This document shows, one piece after another, positions 15,001 through 27,132 of a stretch of 64,000 nucleotides of DNA; the stretch's first letter is position 1; each line of letters starts with the position of its first letter. The notes beneath the pieces are model-generated. The model saw only the letters and a program-made list of their open reading frames with translations. It had not been told where the DNA came from and made no database searches. The stretch comes from Nemertoderma westbladi (Eukaryota > Animalia > Xenacoelomorpha): NCBI GenBank assembly GCA_032718475.1, contig JAUCBJ010004707.1, positions 44,961-108,960 on the forward strand. Reading direction: 5' to 3'. Made by a program: the position numbers and the translations under genes.

Positions 15001-18000
15001 TTGTGTGGGACCCTTCTAGTGCGCTTTATATATTTGTTTGTTTGTGTGGGACCCTTCTAGTGCGCTTTATATATTTGTTTGTAGGTGTGGGACCCTTCTA
15101 GTGCGCTTTATATATTTGTTTGTTTGTGTGGGACCCTTCTAGTGCGCTTTATATATTTGTTTGTTTGTGTGGGACCCTTCTAGTGCACTTTATATATTTG
15201 TTTGTTTGTGTGGGACCCTTCTAGTGCGCTTTATATATTTGTTTGTTTGTGTGGGACCCTTCTAGTGCGCTTTATATATTTGTTTGTTTGTGTGGGACCC
15301 TTCTAGTGCACTTTATATATTTGTTTGTTTGTGTGGGACCCTTCTAGTGCGCTTTATATATTTGTTTGTTTGTGTGGGACCCTTCTAGTGCACTTTATAT
15401 ATTTGTTTGTTTGTGTGGGACCCTTCTAGTGCGCTTTATATATTTGTTTGTTTGTGTGGGACCCTTCTAGTGCACTTTATATATTTGTTTGTTTGTGTGG
15501 GACCCTTCTAGTGCACTTTATATATTTGTTTGTTTGTGTGGGACCCTTCTAGTGCACTTTATATATTTGTTTGTTTGTGTGGGACCCTTCTAGTGCGCTT
15601 TATATATTTGTTTGTTTGTGTGGGACCCTTCTAGTGCACTTTATATATTTGTTTGTTTGTGTGGGACCCTTCTAGTGCACTTTATATATTTGTTTGTAGG
15701 TGAGGGACCCTTCTAGTGCACTTTATATATTTGTTTGTTTGTGTGGGACCCTTCTAGTGCGCTTTATATATTTGTTTGTTTGTGTGGGACCCTTCTAGTG
15801 CGCTTTATATATTTGTTTGTAGGTGTGGGACCCTTCTAGTGCGCTTTATATATTTGTTTGTAGGTGTGGGACCCTTCTAGTGCGCTTTATATATTTGTTT
15901 GTAGGTGTGGGACCCTTCTAGTGCGCTTTATATATTTGTTTGTAGGTGTGGGACCCTTCTAGTGCGCTTTATATATTTGTTTGTAGGTGTGGGACCCTTC
16001 TAGTGCGCTTTATATATTTGTTTGTAGGTGTGGGACCCTTCTAGTACGCTTTATATATTTGTTTGTAGGTGTGGGACCCTTCTAGTGCGCTTTATATATT
16101 TGTTTGTAGGTGTGGGACCCTTCTAGTGCGCTATATATTTGTTTGTAGGTGAGGGACCCTTCTAGTGCGCTTTATATATTTGTTTGTAGGTGTGGGACCC
16201 TTCTAGTGCGCTTTATATATTTGTTTGTAGGTGTGGGACCCTTCTAGTGCGCTTTATATATTTGTTTGTAGGTGTGGGACCCTTCTAGTGCGCTTTATAT
16301 ATTTGTTTGTAGGTGTGGGACCCTTCTAGTGCGCTTTATATATTTGTTTGTAGGTGTGGGACCCTTCTAGTGCGCTTATATATTTGTTTGTAGGTGTGGG
16401 ACCCTTCTAGTGCGCTTTATATATTTGTTTGTAGGTGTGGGACCCTTCTAGTGCGCTTTATATATTTGTTTGTAGGTGTGGGACCCTTCTAGTGCGCTTA
16501 TATATTTGTTTGTAGGTGTGGGACCCTTCTAGTGCGCTTTATATATTTGTTTGTAGGTGTGGGACCCTTCTAGTGCGCTTTATATATTTGTTTGTAGGTG
16601 TGGGACCCTTCTAGTGCGCTTATATATTTGTTTGTAGGTGTGGGACCCTTCTAGTGCGCTTTATATATTTGTTTGTAGGTGTGGGACCCTTCTAGTGCGC
16701 TTTATATATTTGTTTGTAGGTGTGGGACCCTTCTAGTGCGCTTTATATATTTGTTTGTAGGTGTGGGACCCTTCTAGTGCGCTTTATATATTTGTTTGTA
16801 GGTGTGGGACCCTTCTAGTGCGCTTTATATATTTGTTTGTAGGTGTGGGACCCTTCTAGTGCGCTTTATATATTTGTTTGTAGGTGTGGGACCCTTCTAG
16901 TGCGCTTTATATATTTGTTTGTAGGTGTGGGACCCTTCTAGTGCGCTTTATATATTTGTTTGTAGGTGTGGGACCCTTCTAGTGCGCTTTATATATTTGT
17001 TTGTAGGTGTGGGACCCTTCTAGTGCGCTTTATATATTTGTTTGTAGGTGTGGGACCCTTCTAGTGCGCTTTATATATTTGTTTGTAGGTGTGGGACCCT
17101 TCTAGTGCGCTTTATATATTTGTTTGTAGGTGTGGGACCCTTCTAGTGCGCTTTATATATTTGTTTGTAGGTGTGGGACCCTTCTAGTGCGCTTTATATA
17201 TTTGTTTGTTGGTGTGGGACCCTTCTAGTGCGCTTTATATATTTGTTTGTAGGTGTGGGACCCTTCTAGTGCGCTTTATATATTTGTTTGTAGGTGTGGG
17301 ACCCTTCTAGTGCGCTTTATATATTTGTTTGTAGGTGTGGGACCCTTCTAGTGCGCTTTATATATTTGTTTGTAGGTGTGGGACCCTTCTAGTGCGCTTT
17401 ATATATTTGTTTGTAGGTGTGGGACCCTTCTAGTGCGCTTTATATATTTGTTTGTAGGTGTGGGACCCTTCTAGTGCGCTTTATATATTTGTTTGTAGGT
17501 GTGGGACCCTTCTAGTGCGCTTTATATATTTGTTTGTAGGTGTGGGACCCTTCTAGTGCGCTTTATATATTTGTTTGTTGGTGTGGGACCCTTCTAGTGC
17601 GCTTTATATATTTGTTTGTAGGTGTGGGACCCTTCTAGTGCGCTTTATATATTTGTTTGTAGGTGTGGGACCCTTCTAGTGCGCTTTATATATTTGTTTG
17701 TAGGTGTGGGACCCTTCTAGTGCGCTTTATATATTTGTTTGTAGGTGTGGGACCCTTCTAGTGCGCTTTATATATTTGTTTGTAGGTGTGGGACCCTTCT
17801 AGTGCGCTTTATATATTTGTTTGTAGGTGTGGGACCCTTCTAGTGCGCTTTATATATTTGTTTGTAGGTGTGGGACCCTTCTAGTGCGCTTTATATATTT
17901 GTTTGTAGGTGTGGGACCCTTCTAGTGCGCTTTATATATTTGTTTGTAGGTGTGGGACCCTTCTAGTGCGCTTTATATATTTGTTTGTAGGTGTGGGACC

Positions 18001-21000
18001 CTTCTAGTGCGCTTTATATATTTGTTTGTAGGTGTGGGACCCTTCTAGTGCGCTTTATATATTTGTTTGTAGGTGTGGGACCCTTCTAGTGCGCTTTATA
18101 TATTTGTTTGTAGGTGTGGGACCCTTCTAGTGCGCTTTATATATTTGTTTGTAGGTGTGGGACCCTTCTAGTGCGCTTTATATATTTGTTTGTAGGTGTG
18201 GGACCCTTCTAGTGCGCTTTATATATTTGTTTGTAGGTGTGGGACCCTTCTAGTGCGCTTTATATATTTGTTTGTAGGTGTGGGACCCTTCTAGTGCGCT
18301 TTATATATTTGTTTGTAGGTGTGGGACCCTTCTAGTGCGCTTTATATATTTGTTTGTAGGTGTGGGACCCTTCTAGTGCGCTTTATATATTTGTTTGTAG
18401 GTGTGGGACCCTTCTAGTGCGCTTTATATATTTGTTTGTAGGTGTGGGACCCTTCTAGTGCGCTTTATATATTTGTTTGTAGGTGTGGGACCCTTCTAGT
18501 GCGCTTTATATATTTGTTTGTAGGTGTGGGACCCTTCTAGTGCGCTTTATATATTTGTTTGTAGGTGTGGGACCCTTCTAGTGCGCTTTATATATTTGTT
18601 TGTAGGTGTGGGACCCTTCTAGTGCGCTTTATATATTTGTTTGTAGGTGTGGGACCCTTCTAGTGCGCTTTATATATTTGTTTGTAGGTGTGGGACCCTT
18701 CTAGTGCGCTTTATATATTTGTTTGTAGGTGTGGGACCCTTCTAGTGCGCTTTATATATTTGTTTGTAGGTGTGGGACCCTTCTAGTGCGCTTTATATAT
18801 TTGTTTGTAGGTGTGGGACCCTTCTAGTGCGCTTTATATATTTGTTTGTAGGTGTGGGACCCTTCTAGTGCGCTTTATATATTTGTTTGTAGGTGTGGGA
18901 CCCTTCTAGTGCGCTTTATATATTTGTTTGTAGGTGTGGGACCCTTCTAGTGCGCTTTATATATTTGTTTGTAGGTGTGGGACCCTTCTAGTGCGCTTTA
19001 TATATTTGTTTGTAGGTGTGGGACCCTTCTAGTGCGCTTTATATATTTGTTTGTAGGTGTGGGACCCTTCTAGTGCGCTTTATATATTTGTTTGTAGGTG
19101 TGGGACCCTTCTAGTGCGCTTTATATATTTGTTTGTAGGTGTGGGACCCTTCTAGTGCGCTTTATATATTTGTTTGTAGGTGTGGGACCCTTCTAGTGCG
19201 CTTTATATATTTGTTTGTAGGTGTGGGACCCTTCTAGTGCGCTTTATATATTTGTTTGTAGGTGTGGGACCCTTCTAGTGCGCTTTATATATTTGTTTGT
19301 AGGTGTGGGACCCTTCTAGTGCGCTTTATATATTTGTTTGTAGGTGTGGGACCCTTCTAGTGCGCTTTATATATTTGTTTGTAGGTGTGGGACCCTTCTA
19401 GTGCGCTTTATATATTTGTTTGTAGGTGTGGGACCCTTCTAGTGCGCTTTATATATTTGTTTGTAGGTGTGGGACCCTTCTAGTGCGCTTTATATATTTG
19501 TTTGTAGGTGTGGGACCCTTCTAGTGCGCTTTATATATTTGTTTGTAGGTGTGGGACCCTTCTAGTGCGCTTTATATATTTGTTTGTAGGTGTGGGACCC
19601 TTCTAGTGCGCTTTATATATTTGTTTGTAGGTGTGGGACCCTTCTAGTGCGCTTTATATATTTGTTTGTAGGTGTGGGACCCTTCTAGTGCGCTTTATAT
19701 ATTTGTTTGTAGGTGTGGGACCCTTCTAGTGCGCTTTATATATTTGTTTGTAGGTGTGGGACCCTTCTAGTGCGCTTTATATATTTGTTTGTAGGTGTGG
19801 GACCCTTCTAGTGCGCTTTATATATTTGTTTGTAGGTGTGGGACCCTTCTAGTGCGCTTTATATATTTGTTTGTAGGTGTGGGACCCTTCTAGTGCGCTT
19901 TATATATTTGTTTGTAGGTGTGGGACCCTTCTAGTGCGCTTTATATATTTGTTTGTAGGTGTGGGACCCTTCTAGTGCGCTTTATATATTTGTTTGTAGG
20001 TGTGGGACCCTTCTAGTGCGCTTTATATATTTGTTTGTAGGTGTGGGACCCTTCTAGTGCGCTTTATATATTTGTTTGTAGGTGTGGGACCCTTCTAGTG
20101 CGCTTTATATATTTGTTTGTAGGTGTGGGACCCTTCTAGTGCGCTTTATATATTTGTTTGTAGGTGTGGGACCCTTCTAGTGCGCTTTATATATTTGTTT
20201 GTAGGTGTGGGACCCTTCTAGTGCGCTTTATATATTTGTTTGTAGGTGTGGGACCCTTCTAGTGCGCTTTATATATTTGTTTGTAGGTGTGGGACCCTTC
20301 TAGTGCGCTTTATATATTTGTTTGTAGGTGTGGGACCCTTCTAGTGCGCTTTATATATTTGTTTGTAGGTGGGGGACCCTTCTAGTGCGCTTTATATATT
20401 TGTTTGTAGGTGTGGGACCCTTCTAGTGCGCTTTATATATTTGTTTGTAGGTGTGGGACCCTTCTAGTGCGCTTTATATATTTGTTTGTAGGTGTGGGAC
20501 CCTTCTAGTGCGCTTTATATATTTGTTTGTAGGTGTGGGACCCTTCTAGTGCGCTTTATATATTTGTTTGTAGGTGTGGGACCCTTCTAGTGCGCTTTAT
20601 ATATTTGTTTGTAGGTGTGGGACCCTTCTAGTGCGCTTTATATATTTGTTTGTAGGTGTGGGACCCTTCTAGTGCGCTTTATATATTTGTTTGTAGGTGA
20701 GGGACCCTTCTAGTGCGCTTTATATATTTGTTTGTAGGTGTGGGACCCTTCTAGTGCGCTTTATATATTTGTTTGTAGGTGAGGGACCCTTCTAGTGCGC
20801 TTTATATATTTGTTTGTAGGTGTGGGACCCTTCTAGTGCGCTTTATATATTTGTTTGTAGGTGTGGGACCCTTCTAGTGCGCTTTATATATTTGTTTGTA
20901 GGTGTGGGACCCTTCTAGTGCGCTTTATATATTTGTTTGTAGGTGTGGGACCCTTCTAGTACGCTTTATATATTTGTTTGTAGGTGTGGGACCCTTCTAG

Positions 21001-21414
21001 TGCGCTTTATATATTTGTTTGTAGGTGTGGGACCCTTCTAGTGCGCTTTATATATTTGTTTGTAGGTGTGGGACCCTTCTAGTGCGCTTTATATATTTGT
21101 TTGTAGGTGTGGGACCCTTCTAGTGCGCTTTATATATTTGTTTGTAGGTGTGGGACCCTTCTAGTGCGCTTTATATATTTGTTTGTTTGTGAGGGACCCT
21201 TCTAGTGCGCTTTATATATTTGTTTGTAGGTGTGTGACCCTTCTAGTGCGCTTTATATATTTGTTTGTTTGTGTGGGACCCTTCTAGTGCACTTTATATA
21301 TTTGTTTGTTTGTGTGGGACCCTTCTAGTGCGCTTTATATATTTGTTTGTAGGTGTGGGACCCTTCTAGTGCGCTTTATATATTTGTTTGTAGGTGTGGG
21401 ACCCTTCTAGTGCG
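1..21414 (+). repeat. 41-bp satellite (~520 copies in window, open at left edge); unit GTGTGGGACCCTTCTAGTGCG+CTTTATATATTTGTTTGTAG
   Basis: Head-to-tail 41-bp repeat. Common variants: TAGG>TTTG, GTGTGG>GTGAGG, GCGC>GCAC. The last partial unit is the first 21 nt of the cadherin exon at 21394. Confidence 0.99.
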
Positions 21415-21534
21415 TTCGATAGTTTACTTTTCCATATAAGTGTTCGTGACATAAACGACAACGAGCCGGATTGGAACATGGGAGGCACTCCCGTCACTGT
21501 GGCCGTGAATGAAGACAAGAAAGTCGGCGATCAG
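21394..21534 (+). CDS. Cadherin-superfamily gene, window exon 1 (VWDPSSAFDSLLFHISVRDINDNEP...VAVNEDKKVGDQ)
   Basis: tttgtag acceptor and CAG|GTTTAC donor. DxNDNxP calcium-binding linker. Phase-0 join to the next exon. Confidence 0.88.
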
Positions 21535-21946
21535 GTTTACCAATATATTTAATTAATGCCCCGAAATATGTAAAAAATGAATATGTAATATATCATCATT
21601 CTATTTTTATTTAATATTATAACATATGAAAGAAAACATTTTATATCGAAAATAAATAATTCGAACTAAAATATGTTTTCGTTTCGGTTAATTTTTTTTT
21701 TTTTTTTTTTACATAAAATCGTTTATTTTTTTACTTTGTTTTTGACTATCAAATTTAATGTTATCATATTATTTAATAATAAGTCATTGCCCTTCTCCAA
21801 CTTATACTATTATCTTTTGTATTGTTATTTTACGTTTTTATTTTCCATCCTACTAACTGTGATCGCTTATTTTATTTATTTATTTGTATTTTTGATTCTC
21901 GAGATTTTATTTACTTAATTACAAAATTATTTTTCCTCATAAAAAG

Positions 21947-22131
21947 GTCGCGGATTTAAAGACTTTAGTCAACGATAGGGATGCAGGCGACAACGCCCAG
22001 CTCGTCTTTACATTAGAAACCGCATCAGATAAAGATGTGTTTGATGTGGAGGCGAGTACTGGGAAGGTAACCCTGAAGCGAGACCTGGACTACGAGTTTA
22101 GGGAACACCATTGGATCACAGTTACAGTTAG
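21947..22131 (+). CDS. Cadherin exon 2 (VADLKTLVNDRDAGDNAQL...GKVTLKRDLDYEFREHHWITVTVR)
   Basis: AG acceptor and AG|GTGAGT donor. DxDxG and LDYE cadherin motifs. Frame continuous with neighbours. Confidence 0.93.
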
Positions 22132-22297
22132 GTGAGTGTGTAACGGAAATACTAGAATAAAAAATAGTTTAGTGTAACTAAAACAGTATAGGGAAGGTGG
22201 GGGTGGGTATTAGTTACAATTAGGCAATCAATTAATTATATAGTTAATAAATGATTTATATATTAAGTCAATTTCATCACAAATATATCAATTCCAG

Positions 22298-22431
22298 GGA
22301 CCAAAGAACTGACCCCATGGAGCGATGGAGTAGGGCTGACATTCTATTTAGTGTTGTCGACCTCAACGACAATTATCCCTACATTGTTGGAGGAGAGAAT
22401 ATATACCTTGAAGTGACTGAAGTCGGTGACG
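22298..22431 (+). CDS. Cadherin exon 3 (DQRTDPMERWSRADILFSVVDLNDNYP...EVTEVGDG)
   Basis: ttccag acceptor and G|GTAAGT donor. DLNDNYP motif. Phases 2/1 match neighbours. Confidence 0.93.
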
Positions 22432-22546
22432 GTAAGTAGGTTTTATTTGCGGGCATCGATCGAATAGCAACACATGGGGGGTCATTTGGGGATCAATAAG
22501 GTTGAGTATGGTCGTGAGAAATTTTATAGATAAATATTGTTTCGAG

Positions 22547-22582
22547 ACAAGGCGTTCTAGAACTAGTTCTAGAACGCCTTGT
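22547..22582. repeat. Perfect 36-bp spacerless palindrome ACAAGGCGTTCTAGAACT|AGTTCTAGAACGCCTTGT
   Basis: The right 18 bp are the exact reverse complement of the left 18 bp. Confidence 0.9.
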
Positions 22583-22794
22583 TCCGAGATGATGGATTCT
22601 TATTGTTTGGTCACTGTGATATGGTAGAGGGCGTCGTGGTGCCTTTAATAAATTTGTTACAAATAATAAAGTTATTGCCACAATACCACACATTGTACAC
22701 TTTGAATAGAAAAGAATCAAGCAACACCCTCGAAAATCGACAGTTTCCAGTAAATACCGTATTTCTGTCAATCGTTTAGTGACTTTGTAATATT

Positions 22795-22965
22795 GTGGCA
22801 GGTTTCCATGTGGCAGGTTTCCATGTGGCAGGTTTCCATGTGGCAGGTTTCCAGGTGGCAGGTTTCCATGAGGCAGGTTTCCATGTGGCAGGTTTCCAGG
22901 TGGCAGGTTTCCATGAGGCAGGTTTCCATGGGGCAGGTTTCCAGGTGGCAGGTTTCAATGTGGCA
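22795..22965. repeat. 15-bp minisatellite GTGGCAGGTTTCCAT, ~11 copies
   Basis: Directly visible tandem repeat in the intron between exons 3 and 4. Confidence 0.95.
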
Positions 22966-23153
22966 CAATTCATTTTTACAATTAAGAACGAATGTGTCAA
23001 ATCGTTTGATGTAACATGTAACATGTAATGTGTAATAATGTATATATAATAGTGTGATGGTTATAATTTAACCATTTAAGTATAGAAAAGAAAAGTACAC
23101 TTTATTTATATAAATAAATATTTAATAATGTTTACCAATTTATCGGTGTGCAG

Positions 23154-23323
23154 GTCAGCCGTTCCCTGGAACTTTTACCCTGACAACATTTAGTGTTGAA
23201 GACGATGACGGAACGCAGATCCTCAGAGATTCTAGAATTAAGTGCCTTACGTTCGATCCACCTGCGGTAAACACTGTCCTGGAACTAACTGCGGACTCTT
23301 TCCAGAAAAACGGTTTACTTCAA
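23154..23323 (+). CDS. Cadherin exon 4 (GQPFPGTFTLTTFSVEDDDGT...FQKNGLLQ)
   Basis: tgcag acceptor and CAA|GTTAGT donor. VEDDDG (DxD) motif. Phases 1/0 match. Confidence 0.88.
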
Positions 23324-23417
23324 GTTAGTCGGATATTCATTTGATTCTGTTGTTATTTTGGTTTGTAATGACTTTTATTCCGTATTGTCAGTTAATATTT
23401 TCTTTTTTTACTTTTAG

Positions 23418-23558
23418 GTTATCAGTAGCATTGATAGAGAGGCCCCTGGTATGTCTCTTATAACCCTGGAGATACTAGCCTATAATTGGCAGCTACCACC
23501 CATGGATGGCACTGTTACCACTACCGTACATATTACTGTCAAAGACGTCAATGATAAT
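23418..23558 (+). CDS. Cadherin exon 5 (VISSIDREAPG...TTVHITVKDVNDN)
   Basis: Polypyrimidine tract plus tag acceptor and AAT|GTTAGT donor. DRE and DVNDN motifs. Confidence 0.93.
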
Positions 23559-23619
23559 GTTAGTAACACAGTTTGTTACAAAATCTCAATATTTGTGTAC
23601 TGTAGTTATTATTCGTATT

Positions 23620-23860
23620 ATAAGAAGCTTAATTTGTTTAGTTTGTTAGTTTGTCTGTCTGTCTGTCCGTCTGTAATAGGTTCATTCGTAAATAACTTTT
23701 GAAGATTTTAACCATTTTCAACCCAATTTTGTGCGGGCATACTAGAAAAAAAGTTCCAATATTTTTGAAAGTTTACGGGCAAATAGCTCTGGAACTTTTG
23801 ACTCTAGATCAAATCGAACTTGCTCAAGTTCGCATGCTGCGCGATGCCCCTCGAACGTGT
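23620..23860. mobile_element. Possible short Helentron-associated (HINE/DINE-1-like) element; boundaries approximate
   Basis: (GTCY)n microsatellite at 23653-23674 in a short intronic segment; this microsatellite is typical of DINE-1/HINE elements. Termini not resolved. Confidence 0.3.
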
Positions 23861-23912
23861 TATATTATTGTTACTATGTTATGGGGTTGAGGTGGTCTCA
23901 CTTTTTTTACAG

Positions 23913-24096
23913 CCCCCTGTGTTTGCTGCTGCAACTGATACGGTAAATGTAAAGGAATGTATAGAATACGGAGTGCCTATTTATAAAGCCGTTGCTACTG
24001 ACAAAGATGCCGGTATTAACGCTGTCATGACTTACACTATGACAATCAGTCCACCAAGCGGACCTATTGCTGACTTCTACTTGCATTCCTCTACAG
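23913..24096 (+). CDS. Cadherin exon 6 (PPVFAAATDTVNVKE...AVATDKDAGINAVMTY...FYLHSSTG)
   Basis: ttttacag acceptor and CAG|GTAGGT donor. Completes DVNDN|PP and contains the ATDKDAG motif. Confidence 0.95.
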
Positions 24097-24173
24097 GTAG
24101 GTTATAATTAATACTGAGTAACTCTAAATACAATTATTATATTTTATTATAAACTCTGTTTACCAAATGAATG

Positions 24174-27132
24174 CCACTCTATTTCCTAAAGGAATGCCTT
24201 TTCACCACCAAAATGAATGCCTGTTCACCACCATGGGTGATCTTCCACAGTAAATCCTTCCACTCCGTTTCCTAAAGGAATGCCTGTTTACCACCATGGG
24301 TGATCTTCCACAATAAACCCATCCACTCTATTTCCTAAAATAATTCCTGTTCACCACCATGCGTGATCTTCCACAGTAAACCCTTCCACTCTGTTTCCTA
24401 AAGGAATGCCTGTTCACCACCATGGATGATCTTCCACAGTAAACCCTTCCACTCTGTTTCCTAAAGAAATGCTTGTTCACCACTATATGGACGATCTTCC
24501 ACAGTAAACCCTTTCACTCTGTTTCCTAAAGAAATGCCTGTTCACCACCATGGATGATCTTCCGCAGTAAACCCTTCCACTCTGTTTCCTAAAGGAATGC
24601 CTGTTCACCACCATGGATGATCTTCCACAGTAAACCCTTCCACTCTGTTTCCTAAAGAAATGCCTGTTCACCACCATGGGTGATCTTCCACAGTAAATCC
24701 TTCCACTCCGTTTCCTAAAGGAATGCCTGTTTACCACCATGGGTGATCTTCCACAGTAAACCCTTCCACTCTGTTTCCTAAAGGAATGTCTATTCACCAC
24801 CATGGGTGATCTTCCACAGTAAACCCTTCCACTCTGTTTCCTAAAGGAATGCCTGTCACCACAATGGATGATCTTCCACAGTAAACCCTTCCACTCTGTT
24901 TCCCAAAGGAATGCCTGTTCACCACCATGGATGATCTTCCATAGTAAACCCTTCCACTCTGTTTCCTAAAGGAATGCCTGTTCACCACCATGGGTGATCT
25001 TCCACAGTAAACCCTTCCACTCTGTTTCCTAAAGGAATGTCTATTCACCACCATGGGTGATCTTCATTGGGAAATCATTCCACTCTGTTTCCTAAAGAAA
25101 TGCCTGTTCACCACCATGGATGATCTTCCACAGTAAAGCCTTCCACTCTGTTTCCTAAAGGAATGCCTGTTCACCACCATGGATGATCTTCCACAGTAAA
25201 CCCTTCCACTCTGTTTCCTAAAGAAATGCCTGTTCACCACCATGGGTGATCTTCCGCAGTAAACCCTTCCACTCTGTTTCCTAAAGGAATGCCTGTTCAC
25301 CACCATGGATGATCTTCCACAGTAAACCCTTCCACTCTGTTTCCTAAAGAAATGCTTGTTCACCACTATATGGACGATCTTCCACAGTAAACCCTTTCAC
25401 TCTGTTTCCTAAAGAAATGCCTGTTCACCACCATGGATGATCTTCCGCAGTAAACCCTTCCACTCTGTTTCCTAAAGGAATGCCTGTTCACCACCATGGA
25501 TGATCTTCCACAGTAAACCCTTCCACTCTGTTTCCTAAAGAAATGCCTGTTCACCACCATGGGTGATCTTCCACAGTAAACCCTTCCACTCTGTTTCCTA
25601 AAGGAATGCCTGTTCACCACCATGGATGATCTTCCACAGTAAACCCTTCCACTCTGTTTCCCAAAGGAAGGCCTGTTCACCACCATGGGTGATCTTCCAC
25701 AGTAAACCCTTCCACTCTGTTTCCTAAAGGAATGCCTGTTCACCACCATGGGTGATCTTCCACAGTAAACCCTTCCACTCTGTTTTCTAAAGGAATACCT
25801 ATTCACCACTATGGGAAATCTTCCACAGTAAACCCTTCCACTCTGTTTCCTAAAGGAATGCCTGTTCACCTCCATGGATGATCTTCCACAGTAAACCCTT
25901 CCACTCTGTTTCCTAAAGAAATGCCTGTTCACCACCATGGGTTATCTTCCACAGTAAACCCTTCCACTCTGTTTCCTAAAGGAATGCCTGTTCACCACCA
26001 TGGATGATCTTCCACAGTAAACCCTTCCACTCTGTTTCCCAAAGGAAGGCCCGTTCACCACCATGGGTGATCTTCCATAGTAAATCATTCCACTCTGTTT
26101 CCTAAAGAAATTCCTGTTCACCACCATGGATGATCTTCCACAGTAAACCCTTCCACTCTGTTTCCTAAAGGAATGCCTGTTCACCACCATGGATGATCTT
26201 CCACAGTAAACCCTTCCACTCTGTTTCCTAAAGAAATGCCTGTTCACCACCATGGATGACCTTCCACAGTAAACCCTTCCACTCTGTTTCCTAAAGAAAT
26301 GCTTGTTCACCACCATGGATGATCTTCCACAGTAAACCCTTGCACTCTGTTTCCTAAAGAAATGCCTGTTCACCACCATGGGTGATCTTCCACAGTAAAC
26401 CCTTCCACTCTGTTTCCTAAAGGAATGCCTGTTCACCACCATGGATGATCTTCCACAGTAAACCCTTCCACTCTGTTTCCTAAAGGAATGCCTGTTCACC
26501 ACCATGGATGATCTTCCACTGTAAACCCTTCCACTCTGTTTCCTAAAGAAATGCCTGTTCACCACCAGGGGTGATCTTCCACAGTAAACCCTTCCACTCT
26601 GTTTCCCAAAGGAAGGCCTGTTCACCACCATGGGTGATCTTCCACAGTAAATCCTTCCACTCTGTTTCCGAAAGGAATGCCCGTTCACCACCATGGATGA
26701 TCTTCCACAGTAAACCCTTCCACTCTGTTTCCTAAAGAAATGGCTATTCACCTCCATGGGTGATCTTCCACAGTAAACCCTTCCATTCTGTTTCCTAAAG
26801 GAATGCCTGTTCACCACCATGGATGATCTTCCACAGTAAACCCTTCCACTCTGTTTCCCAAAGGAAGGCCTGTTCACCACCATGGGCCATCTTCCACAGT
26901 AAACCCTTCCATTCTGTTTCCTAAAGGAATGCCTGTTCACCACCATGGATGATCTTCCACAGTAAACCCTTCCACTCTGTTTCCTAAAGAAATGCCTGTT
27001 CACCTCCATGGGTGATCTTCCACAGTAAACCCTATCACTCTGTTTCCTAAAGGAATGCCTGTTCACCACCATGGATGATCTTCCATAGTAAATTATTCCA
27101 CTCTGTTTCCTAAAGGAATGCCTGTTCACCAC
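24174..27132. repeat. 63-bp satellite (~47 copies); unit CCACTCTGTTTCCTAAAGGAATGCCTGTTCACCACCATGGATGATCTTCCACAGTAAACCCTT
   Basis: Tandem repeat filling most of the intron between exons 6 and 7. A rare variant (GCTTGTTCACCACTATATGGACGATC) recurs at ~24471 and ~25354. Confidence 0.98.

Noticed and set aside
22768-23028. Short pentapeptide-repeat ORFs on both strands
   Set aside because: Artefacts of the 15-bp minisatellite.
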